Shown piece after piece: positions 42,902 to 54,794 of a DNA stretch of 64,000 nucleotides. The notes under the pieces are model-generated. The model worked only from the letters and a program-made list of their open reading frames with translations. It did no database searches and was not told the origin of the DNA. Origin of the DNA: Auanema rhodensis (taxonomy: Eukaryota; Animalia; Nematoda); the NCBI GenBank assembly GCA_964057225.1, contig OZ059900.1, positions 10,602,001-10,666,000 of the forward strand, in the 5' to 3' direction. The stretch's first letter is position 1. Each line of letters begins with the position of its first letter. A program made the translations under genes and the position numbers.

Positions 42902-45900
42902 TAATTAATACAAATGTGAAAATAACTTTATATAATTATATATTTCCAATGTTTTATATATAATTTGAATTGTGTTATTATGTTTTTTTCATCTTTATTA
43001 TATATATTTGAACTCGGTTTCCATGCAAAGTATACGTACATATATGCGGGATATATGAATCTATCTGAAACAAACTATCAGTTTTATCTATTGCTTTCTT
43101 GTTTATGAGCTATTTTGCTAACAAAAATAAATAATTCTTAATAATGTTCAATAACTAAAGTTCACTTATCACATTTATAACATTTTTGACAAATAGTTGC
43201 TGTTTTCAGTTATCCTTTTCATTATTTTCTTAGTTTGAATATTCTTTGTTCAGAAATTGCTGAATAGATGATTTCGAAATCCCTTGTAATGTTCAACAAA
43301 CTGAAAGAATGTTTGAAAGTACCATCTGGCAATATTTTAGTACAGAAATCAATGAATCTAATATATTGGTGTATAGTATAAGTCTTTTGACTAACTTTTG
43401 AAAATGGGAGTTCATCGTTTCTGAAATGAATGACATCTGTCGTTTTGAGTGAAATATAATTTTAATCTTTTATTATTTTGTCTTTTGAATCTCATAAAAT
43501 AAATGAGATTTATTGCCACAAATGACAATCTGTCTGAATGAAATGAAGTTTCATCACTGTCAACTTTTTTGTGATGGATCTTTAGGCCCTCGACAATATA
43601 TTGACATGAATTAAAATAGTTTTTTGAATTCTTGAATATCATGATCTTTGACTATCCTGCTCTAGTTGATTGTAAGTAAGAACATTGGCCACTTACTACT
43701 GAATGACACGCGAACAGCATCAATACAAATAAGCAGTACAGGAGCATGTATGGAAAGAAAAAAAACGTGTATGTGTGTGTACAACACTTGGATGTTGAGT
43801 TCGTTATTAGTAATTTGGTTGATTTGTCACTTATATTTGCCATATTTTATATTAGTTTAATAGAAAGAGTATTAAGTGAAACATTTATAGCACAACATTG
43901 TAAGAACAATTACATGACGACAATCAAAGCACATACTGGAGTTGAGGTTAAACTGTTGAAAATAGGCAATAAGTAGATGAATATCAAATTTACAACAAAG
44001 AAGAAAATTGCTATTCTAAGAACATGTGAGATAGAATCGTGAATTGTAGAAAATTAATTATGTTTATATATATATATATTAAATTCTAATTGTATTTATC
44101 GATGATTTCATATTATATACGATATATTAAAATACAAAAGTATATAATATTTGTTGTGTAGATTAAGTACAAATTTTGATTTGTGTTAACCCAAAGAATG
44201 CGATAAGCAGAAATTTAGAAAATATCAACAACGAGAAACAGCATTGTCTTACTTATTTGGCTTAGCATTCTGAGAAAATTACAAAACTAAAGTAAAAAAA
44301 TAAAAGATAATAACGTTTTTATTGTTAAGTTTATGTGCTTGTGTGTTCGTTTAATAATATTTTAGAATATCCTTAAGTAATTAAGATGAATAATTATTAT
44401 TTCATGACTTCAGTTCAAGAGATCACTGGCAATATGTTAACAACTCTTTGATCATTCCCTTTTTCTTTGGCATAACGCAATATGACGATTGTGTAATAGA
44501 ATATTCAACAAAAAAAAATGATATTTTTAAAATGAAAAAAACTATTCGTGAAGCCAAGAACGATAAGAATGCAAAAAAAGAATTATTGATATACGCTATG
44601 TCTTTTGTATTTAACGTCAACCAGAATAGTTGCACGGTGGGTATCCAAGGAATTGAAACCATAAATCAAAATAAATAGTTATGAGAAACATGAAATGCGA
44701 TTAATAATTTGTTTACGTTGAGTGAGAAAAAAAAGGCAAAAAGCTCAATATAACAAAAAAAACAGAAAAAAACGAGGTCGAATATGTTGACAATGTTGAA
44801 AAGATGTTCGATGCAAAAGAATCTGAATAATGAATAAGCAGTTGGGATTTGGCTTCAATAACAAAGATCATATAATATGGGATATAGAAGATTGATCAAT
44901 TTCATTCGTGTACCCGATTATACTGTTTAAACATAAGAAAATTAATTTCGAAAAGTATATTGAGAGGTTAGTTAGAATCAAAGTGTAGTGCGGTCGTTCT
45001 AGGATTAGTGAATTACAAGAGAGCTGTATGCATTTCTTCTTATTCGTATCAAAAGATTGCTAGCTCAAATTGGTGCAATAATTAATAAAGATAAAATAAA
45101 ACATTAAAAAGCATTCGAAACATAATTCAGCTGACTATGAGAAGTCAGATCTATGAGCTAATACGTGCAATATATGCATCAGATGAGTCTGGTCAGGTGT
45201 AGATGCGGAGCTATTTGGTGCGCTTGTAATTGCAAAAGTGCGTGCTTGAAGTTTACTTTATAGGTTGTATAGAGAAGAAACCTCATCAAAAATAACAATA
45301 AATGCCAACAACAACATTCATTTATAGGATGGTTTTGATGTTCAGAATTGAAAAAGGTGTGTATATATGTGTTTGTATGTAATGTAAAAGAAAGATTGTG
45401 AAACAGAGAGAGGTATTGATCTTTATGAAAAGTGAACAGATCATGACGAGCATAAGTTTTGATTTTGTTTAAACTATTGCTGATCTCAAACGTTATGAAA
45501 ATAGATATTAGATAAGAGCTAACTATAAACAAACATGCATAATATTCAGATATATACATGAATACAGGAATACATATATGAATGCATTGAAGCTATGTGA
45601 ACATTTTGATCAATTTTGAGGAAATTAAACGAATCATGAATACAATTATTGAAAACAAATATATTCATTTTGGCACATTTGTTGATGGCATTAGAGATCG
45701 AGCTGCAATATTGATATCAATAGCTTGCAAGATCATTTAGCTCATTTGAGATAGACACGGTTCAAGGTACTTAGGTAGATTGTGTGACAAGAAACTATGT
45801 GTTTCAGGTTTTTGTAATGTATGAGCTTTAGCTCAGTTAGGGAATATTGTAAGTGACAATTTTACAATAATAAATCGGTACTGAAAATTGGGACAGAAAA

Positions 45901-46321
45901 GATAAGAAGAGACTGTGTGAGATATACAAAACAAGTACATTTGTGGAATGATTCAAACCCAACTGTATGACTTTAACCGATTATCAATAGTGTTTGACGG
46001 TATTCATCTATTCAATCGTTTGAATATTATTAGCACTTTAAGCATATGAATCTCTAAACTGAAATAGATTACAAATTAGGTTTATAGCTACCAAAACTCA
46101 ACTTACAATTTTGGTATTGTGTATTAGTTCTAAGGATGAACCCAAATGCTCGACATGTATGAATGCAGTCAAATACACAGCATTCAAAAGAGCAAAATAG
46201 TACACTGATATACAATGTCTATACATGCAGATGTGCAGTATCACTCAATGCATATGTATCTATCTATGTTACTATAGTGCATGCATATGTATGTATAAGT
46301 GTATGTATGGTTATGTTGCCG

Positions 46322-46332
46322 TTAAGCCGTAC
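46322..46332 (-). CDS. ldb-1: Candidate alternative terminal coding exon of ldb-1 (ends ...G-T-A-stop), followed by a long 3' UTR
   Basis: A strong minus-strand acceptor, TTTTTCTGTTTTCAG, ends at 46333. It fits the phase-1 donor ATGG|GTATGA at 47100/47099 and gives G-T-A-TAA. Confidence 0.55.
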
Positions 46333-46854
46333 CTGAAAACAGAAAAAGCTTAGTAATCAATTATCTTGTGTATATTTAATCAGTTTCTCATAACTAGTAT
46401 CATTCAAATTTATTTTTTTTTTCGTGTTTTCTTTCATTTTTCAGCTAATTCAGAAAATCGTAATAATCTAACCAACAGGTTTTAGTGTGCCTGGCATTTA
46501 TCATAGATTTATAATAGGTTAAAAAGTCAGTATATACATGTATTGATTGGATAAATATTAATTTTGATTTATTCAACAAAATCGTATTATCTTATAGATA
46601 GCAATAGTTATTTATCTATACAGTTATATATTTATATTTATATATAACCATAATATTATATAGAGAATAACTATTTATAATTAATTAGATAAACAGAATA
46701 AATATTATAATTAATGAAGTAGTTATGTATATATGATTAGTACAACATAATATGAAAAAAATAGCTTATACATATTGATTCTAAAACAAATCGATTTTGT
46801 TTTTTTTGGCATAATTAACAGATCGAATCATCCAGGGTGGTATAGTTAAATAGA

Positions 46855-46859
<5 letters not shown>

Positions 46860-46891
<32 letters not shown>
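46860..46891. repeat. (TA)n microsatellite
   Basis: Direct reading of the sequence. Confidence 0.9.
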
Positions 46892-46893
<2 letters not shown>

Positions 46894-47088
46894 CTACTAC
46901 TACTTTAGTTGAATGAGTTAATAATGAGATTATAACGCTATATGACAGCTTTGCGATTAGACTTATTACGACAAGTTCTGTGATCCCTTTTTTCCTAGTT
47001 TTTAAAAAGTACAAAATATTGAGGAAATTCAAATCGAACAAAAAATGTTTAAGTTTCGGATGTGTTTAAATAAGTATTAACTATACCC

Positions 47089-50025
47089 TTATGTCATACC
47101 CATAGCAGTTAGTTGTTGTTGCTGCTGCTGAAAATGAATGAAATGTTATAAGCAAACGTTTTCAGGATAACACACCTGTAGAGCATTAGGATCATATTGT
47201 GAGTTGACAACTCTAGAGATTGTGCGCTCATCGTCATCGCCGTATTCGCCTCCCATCATTGATGGTTCGCCCACAACCATAACGTCTTGATAAGTCATTG
47301 AGTTGAACTGAAACTTTTGAAGTTTCAATCAAAAAACGTATAGATTTCGTTTTGATGTATTTATGAATAATTATTCTGCTTGCTTACCGTTCCAGGCATT
47401 TGATTTGGTGGAAAGGTTGCAGGTGGAGCAGCTGCTCTAGTAGGACTAGCTGTTGGCTTTTTGGCTTTGGTGTTAGCTTGTCCCTGCCCTTTTCGTGTAC
47501 GTTTACGCGTTGGTTTGGGCTTCTCTTCGGGAGCGGCTGGTGGAAGCATCTGAGCTTGCTGACCTAAAATGATTGAAAACGGTTAGTGAATTTAATTTGT
47601 TTCTGAATCATACGTTGCTGCATCTCCTGCATAGCTGAGCGATGATTGAACAATGTTCTTCTCATTGTTTCGTGGGGAGGAAGCTGTAAAACTTATAATA
47701 TCAAACAACAACAATTGCTTGCACTAATAACAGCAAAATAAAACAAAATTAAAACATACACCGTGCATCTTTTGATGACCCATGAGAACTTGCATAGGTT
47801 CTAGTATCCTAGTGACGGACAAGCTATAGATAGTTGCTTGAGTTAAACCTAACCGCGTGACTGGTTGGTTCTTGTCAGCTAATTGCAATTCCTGCAACAT
47901 AAATTATTTATTAAATGTTTCAAGAGTAGTTGCTTTCAAAATTGAATAAGTAATACAAGTAATACTGACTTTTGTTACGTCCGTTATAAAATATTCTTGA
48001 CAACTTCGCAGCTGAATGTGCCACATGCGAATTCTATGATTCAGCAGTTCGTCATATGGGGTAAACTCTATATGAAATTTGCAGTCAGTTTGTGCCTGAA
48101 AAAAAAATTAGTTATTTCTTTCTTTTTGATCAAATTACCTCTATCAAGCATGGAACAGTGTAACGAACAATTTGTAGAATGCTATCGTTCTCGAACGAAA
48201 TGAGACCATTAGGTTGTTGTGACTCTCGGCTCATTGCACGTATCACATAGCACAAATCTTTCATTCCACTAGCAACAAAAGAACGAAAGAATCGAGGAAT
48301 TAATTGACGTGGAATAGCTAAAATTTGAAATTTCAATTAATAAAATAATTACTCTAATCAAATAAACTATGTTATTCATCATTAAATCATTTCTCTATAG
48401 TTTAAAACGTACTGTATCTTTCTGATTGACTAGGATTCATTTCATTGTATAAGCTAACGGTCAGACGAGCTTCATCATCAAAGAATTCATGAGAAAATGC
48501 ATCCCACCACTGTGCATGATCTTTCTCCGATATCTAACAAAAGCACATTAATATAAAATCTTCGTTTTTAGATTTTTTTTCTTCGAAAAGGAAGCAAATA
48601 AACGAATACTTGGATAAGATTGTGCTCAAAATAACACTTTAAATTCTAAAATTTTCTATTTGTTTGACAAAATTTGCATGAATGATTTAATATATGCATA
48701 CATATAAAGCTGCATACCTGATTGTTGTTGAAAATTTGTAATCGTCGATTCATGTCGTGAATACGATACTCTAAGGGACTAGGTATTGGTGGCATGGTCG
48801 ACTGCTGGTTTGGTGCTGCACCATTTGGTGGCGGCATACCTGGCTGTGGCTGTCCTGGAGCTGCAGGCGCCATCTGATTTCGCATCCTAAAATTACAATA
48901 AATCTAGTTCAAAGGTATGCGAATGCGTCTTAATATTGGTTGTAATCTGGGTCGCAGCAGGTCTAGACAATGAAAAAATACATAAAGAACGACCTGATGA
49001 AAATAAAAACTACAGTATATATCATTCAGATCTATTTGTAAATTTTAGCCAATGCCAAAACGATAAAACGACAAGAAATTTTAATTAGTGCAATTCAAAA
49101 ATCGAAAGCTATGAAGATTTTAAATTTAAAAAATGCTTACAGTTTACCACAGGACGCTGACGTAAAGGTAGTTGCCTATATAGCCCACAGATACAGTCTG
49201 GGGTTACTTTTTAAGACAACAGCCTTTGATTGACGTTTACAAATAGTATGCGCGCGCAATTATAAACTAAACCGAACCAATCAATTTCAAACTATTATTA
49301 TATATTTCGTTTTTCTTTCTTTTTTGTTGCGAACACATTGAAATATTTTTATGGATTCAACAGAATGTTGAAGGTCTTTCGTATATGCTGTTATTATTTG
49401 TCGCTTTCGCACTGGCGGATTTCATTTCAACATTTCCGACAGTTCTGATAGTGAGGACGGTTGAATCGTTTTTGTAGCTCTGGGAACGAACATTGGTTTC
49501 GAGGTCGTGAGTGGTCAAAAAGTGAGAGTATGCCGGACAAAATGGTTTTGAGGAAAAAATTTAATTTACGTACATCATGTTTGCCTGTGCTTGACCTTGA
49601 ACTGGCTGCTGTTGTTGCTGCACACCGGGCGGCTGTTGTTGCTGTGGTGGTGGCTGAGGAGGCTGCTGCTGTGCTGAAGGAGGAGGTTGTGCCGGAGGTT
49701 GTGATGAAGGATGCATAATGTATGGATTTGCTGTTCCAGTATCCGGATTGTAAGGTGGCTGAGCTGCATAGCCGTATGTATAGTCTGGAGGAGGTGGATG
49801 ATGATGAGGATGTGGATGTGGCGGAGGCGGCGGATGATGCGGATGATGATGAGCATAGATATTACTCTCGTCCATCATCATGTTGTTCATGCCATTCATG
49901 CCCATCATTGGATCGTAAATGGATGGCTCGACAATAGGCTTAACATGCTCCTGATTTGTAGAATTCTTTTTACGTGCGCGTGGAGCACGCGGCACAGCGC
50001 CATCTGCCTTTGTTTTTCGCGGCAT
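47089..50025 (-). CDS. ldb-1: LIM domain-binding protein (Ldb/NLI/Chip family), 10 exons, about 531 aa
   Basis: Minus-strand exons 50025-49574, 48886-48718, 48533-48413, 48317-48139, 48095-47970, 47891-47760, 47683-47614, 47563-47388, 47307-47176, 47127-47089; phases consistent, 1596 nt. Contains the dimerisation-domain motifs EYRIHDMNRRL, WWDAFSHEFFDD and IPRQLIPRFFRS, the segment TRLGLT...ILEPMQVLM, an NLS-like RKRTRK, and the LIM-interaction domain DVMVVGEPSMMGGEYGDDDERTISRVVN. Confidence 0.93.
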
Positions 50026-50029
50026 ATTT

Positions 50030-50036
50030 CTGAAAC
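50030..50036 (-). promoter_or_regulatory. Likely trans-splice acceptor of ldb-1
   Basis: GTTTCAG lies 4 nt upstream of the ATG (TTTCAG|AAATATG). Confidence 0.6.
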
Positions 50037-53000
50037 GAAAAGATTGAGTTAAGATAAAAACTTAATCTTAAAAGCAAATTAATGAACGATATCATAAAGA
50101 ATAATTAAACAACAACAAAGAACGTATTATTCTTTTAATAAACATAAAAGAATGTTTAGTAAATTGCTTTTTCTTCGTATGACAGAAGCACAGAAATAAA
50201 GTGTTTTAACCGAAGAAAGTGAGTTTGAGGAAAAAAAATGCTTTTCGATCTATAAGAAAAATAGGAGGAGTTATCTTCCATTTGTTTAAATCAAATCCCA
50301 GATTATACGTTTGCTGACAAATCAAAAAAAGCACAACAACAGCAGTAAAACATTTAATTTTCAACGCGGTGGCATTAACCTATTATCTAGCTGGATATAC
50401 TTTGCTTAAATCATGTAATTCGTGTAAGAGTAAGACATGCAAACGATATGACGAGATTTCTTTTCAATCTCATAAAATTAAGTGCAAAAATTAAAGCTTC
50501 AAAAGCTGAAGAAAAGATCAATTTTAATTATACAAATGAAATCCAAACTGTTTTAGTAGTTTTACTGGCATAAAAAGTAGAAAAAAAAGAAAAGAAATAA
50601 ATTTATCTGATTATTTGTGTCTGTATGTTTAATACAAAAAAACAGAAGCTGCAAAAAGATTTTATGAGAAAATGGCAACTGAAAAAGAATTAATCCACTC
50701 ATTATATCTATTTTGAAAGTGCATAAAAGCAAGTACTTATGATTCGAGTGATTGTAGAAATGAAGAGGGTTAAAAGAAGAAAAGAGAGAATAGCAGGATG
50801 CTAGTGAGAAGGAGATTGATCGAAAAAGACGAAAGCATGATAGAGACTTAGAGATTGTATTCGTGTGACTTCAAAAGTGCGACAGGAACAAGAAAATATG
50901 TATATAAAACGAGAGAGAAAGAGTGGGGGGTGGAAGGGTGCGGAGCGATAGGAGAGCAATCGAGAGTGAGATAGAAAGAGAAAGAAACGATAGACTGCCT
51001 AAACATGAAATTGAGACCAACTAAGAAAAGGGTCAGAAATTAAAACTAGTCGACAAATAAAATAATTTGATGTAAAATGCACTGAATAAAAATAGGAAGA
51101 AAATGATAAAGATATGTCCAATAAATGGGCTATTGAATATTGAAGGCTCTGTGTAGAACCGTTTTCATTTTTTTGTTGAAATAGAAACAAGAAGCACATT
51201 TTCTAAATAGCTTCAGACCGTTCATTATACTAACTATATATTTTTTCAAATATAATTATATATTGTAAAGTATTTGAAACAATTATACTTTTTATCGATT
51301 ATTTCTATAGTATATCACAAAAAATTTTAACTTTTCATATATACTATTTGAAGAAAACTATATATCCATGATAATAATTATGCGATATATATATATATAT
51401 ATAAATATATTTATACTTTGAAGAAAAAAATAACATTTATTTATGCGCATATTCATATGTATATGCAGCGTAGTTTGGTAGTTTAAATAGATACTGATAT
51501 TAGATTTTATCAGTCTAGCATTTTGATTTATGACTCCAACCAAAACAGTATACCAGATTCATTGAACATATTTTTATTTTATTTTAATGTAGTTAATATA
51601 TGCTTATATATAACTAAAAATATTCTTTAGCTTTGAATTTGAAAAGTATATAGGAAGAAATCAAATGTTTCCTAGAATTAATTAAAAGTTTCTATTAAAT
51701 AGTCAATGAAAATCATGCAAATATGGGAGCAGCATTCTCATGACAACATCTTTCACTATTTTTTAAGTTAGATGTGTTGGAAAAAGTAGAAAAATCAAAG
51801 TTTTACAGTTGAATATGGAGCAAAAAGCTGAAATTTTAAAATAATTTGTTATAATATTCTAGAAATTATTTCATGTATGCTTTGAAATTAAAGTGAATTT
51901 TGAGAAAAACAGTGGCATGTTGACATGAAAGACGCCATTTGATTTATTTTAAAATAAATATTGTGCAGATAAAAAATTAATATAAACAATATATGCTGAA
52001 GGCATTCTAATATTTAATTCATACTGGAGTCCTGACTTTTTTTCAATTACCCTGATTGTTATTGGCATAAATATGTGAAAATATTAGAGAAAACAGCAGA
52101 GTGAAAAGTGAAAAATGTAAGAAACCAAGAGTATTTTTACAGTTCAAACTTACAGCTCCGTGAATATATGTAAAGGAAAATTGCAGATAACAATCAGTTT
52201 ATCAACTTTTATTGCCAGAAGGGTAAATAGAGATAGCAAAATGTAAAACCTGGTAGCCAACATTCTATACATATACATACATGTATATACATATGTGTAT
52301 ACGAGATTGGAGCAATTACAATTAGATTATTTAAAAAAGTTTTAAAAACTCCAAAATATATTCAATAAGTTCTGTTCTTTCTTTCGATTAATGTAATACT
52401 TTTTGGGTACTTTGATAAATTTAAGATGATCTGATCATCTGAGTTACAAAAAAAAGATTGAATGAAGTTGAAGAAATAAAAAAAAAGTGAAAAAAAGGGA
52501 AAGAAACGAACAAAATGTATGAAGACGGAACGAGCTGAATGAAAAAAGGAATGGAACGATGCCGACAAAAAACGTTTTATAGCCTAATAGTTATTCAAAT
52601 AAATGTTTTGTAATATACTTAGTAAAAAACTGGGATCATTAGATATAGGTTTAGAGATTTGTTTTTTTTTTCACAATGAAAAAACGTAACAATAATTAGT
52701 AATTGAAATAAGAAAAAAAGTATAAGTAGCAACAGATGGCACACTGTAAAGCTTTCAAAAAATAAAAGCTTTTATAAGTAAAATATTGAGTAATTAAGAT
52801 AAAACATAGCTGTCGAACTAAATATAAATTATGAAAACAACCTAAAATGGAATTCATATGCTTGAAGAGTATATAATAATTAAGCTATATATATATGTTT
52901 ATTCATGACGTTATCAGAATATGTGTTTGTATATATTGCTATTATTCTAAATTATATGAAATTATTCATATATAACTAACAAAATATCATTTTTTTAAGT

Positions 53001-53379
53001 ATACATCTATTTTTTGATTTTTGAAATCAGAATATCGTGCACATAAACAATTGTTATAAATGGATAACAGTAGTAAAGAAAGCATGCCGTTATATGTGTC
53101 TGGCTCATAAATATTCTGAGTCATATAGGTCTACTATGACGTATAAACTATATATAGATAACGTAATGGTAAGTAGTACCTTCATCAATATGCACAGCTG
53201 GAAGATAATATAAAAAAATTAAAAATAAACATGAAATAAGAAATACATACAATTAAATAATATTTATTTATTTGTATGCTTAGCTATACATATGAATTTA
53301 TGTGTATAGTTTAAAAATATTCAGATCGTAGATATATTGGATTAGATCCAAACGATTTTGCAAGATGAGACATAGAGAG

Positions 53380-54620
53380 AGGAGCATAGAACGCCAGAAA
53401 AGACAGAACGACAGAGAAAAAGAGTCGAAAAGAGGGAAATGCTAGAGACAGATGACGATCGTGAGCCTTCTCCCTCTTCTGCTACTCCCTCCTCCCTCCC
53501 TCTCTTCTTTCCCTCACTAGGCCATAGCATGCTGAGCTCTCTCTCTGTGCACACCATACACATATATACGCACTCACACACATACACACATACATACACA
53601 CAGACGCACATATAGCAGTACAACCGAGGACGAAGACGGCGAAGAGGTCATCCGTAATATGAGAGACTATGTCACTTAAAGAGGGCAGAGATGATTGTTG
53701 ACACGCATCTGGACTAAATAACGTAAAAAGTACGGAGAGCAAACTGACATAAAGAGTTGGTCAGAGATGCAGAGGACTTGAGAGGCTAGTCGTCCTCTAC
53801 CAGCCTCACCCGCCCATAGTCACAACCGACCAACCGACCGACCAGGCTAAGCGACCCCTTCGTCGGTTTTCGCTCTCTCGTAACCTCCACTATCTTTGCA
53901 TCTGCGCAAATACAACTGGAGTTATAGAAAAAGAGTATGGGGGCTAAGTTAAAGTTGAGAGAATTAGAGATTTAAATTGAGGGAAAATAATAATGAAATA
54001 TTGCGGAAGTTGAAGTAATCAGACGACGAAAGAAGAAAGGATAAACAGGGACGTAGATATACTGACAGAAAAGGGGTGCAAGAGGTTAGAAGTGGTAAGA
54101 GTTGTCCTAGTAAAAACATATAATTTTGAGAAAGTGGCCGAGTGAAATAAGAAAATAATGTATCCAATAAGCAAGAACTCCGAATATGTCATAAAGAGGA
54201 TGTTAGTAAAACAATGAGGCAAAATATAACAAATTGCAACATTAAATGAAGATTTGCATCCAATCAACTTCAGGAGAATAACGACAAAAATGAAAATTTG
54301 GAAAAATCTTTTAGAGAAAACTCGTACTACAAATTTTTAACAATGATGTCGTTTTCTTAATTCAAAAAATATGGAATAAACGCGGACGGTACGAGCGCGT
54401 GCTGCTGCGTGTGGTCTGATGACAACACGGACCCTGAGCACTGCTGATGCTCACGGACCGCACACCACACACACACACACATACACTTGTTGTCTCTTTC
54501 TCTCGCTCTTTCTCCCTTTTCTCGTTTCTTATGACGTTCTCTTCCAACTTTCTTACGTAGTTTTACCAGCTTTCTTCTTTTTTCCTCTTTTCTTTCTCTC
54601 TTTATCTTGAATTTTTTTTT
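53380..54620. promoter_or_regulatory. GC-enriched, microsatellite-flanked candidate (bidirectional) promoter region upstream of ldb-1
   Basis: Locally GC- and CpG-rich blocks (about 53620-53880 and 54380-54465) with CA, CT and GA tracts stand out from the AT-rich background. Function is inferred. Confidence 0.35.
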
Positions 54621-54686
54621 TGATATCCAGTGTAGTTTTCAGAACAGCTACCAAATATTTCATTTTTTCCAGTGATACTACAAAAA

Positions 54687-54794
54687 ATGAACCGGATGAA
54701 GCACAATTTACGGACCAATCTTATTCTTGCCGTGAGCTGTGTAGCTTTCAACTATAAACGCATCGATGATAGTTTACGTATCATCGCTCGTGTG
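54687..54794 (+). CDS. Candidate first coding exon (or uORF exon) of an unidentified gene divergent from ldb-1
   Basis: Acceptor TTTTTTCCAG ends at 54672, start context AAAAAATG, 36 open codons (MNRMKHNLRTNLILAVSCVAFNYKRIDDSLRIIARV), then a perfect GTAAGT donor. I could not identify a downstream exon in the window. Confidence 0.35.

Noticed and set aside
49461-50052. Several overlapping ORFs on both strands (49461-49718, 49575-49856, 49711-50052, 49722-49937)
   Set aside because: Shadow frames of the GC-rich, low-complexity ldb-1 exon 1.
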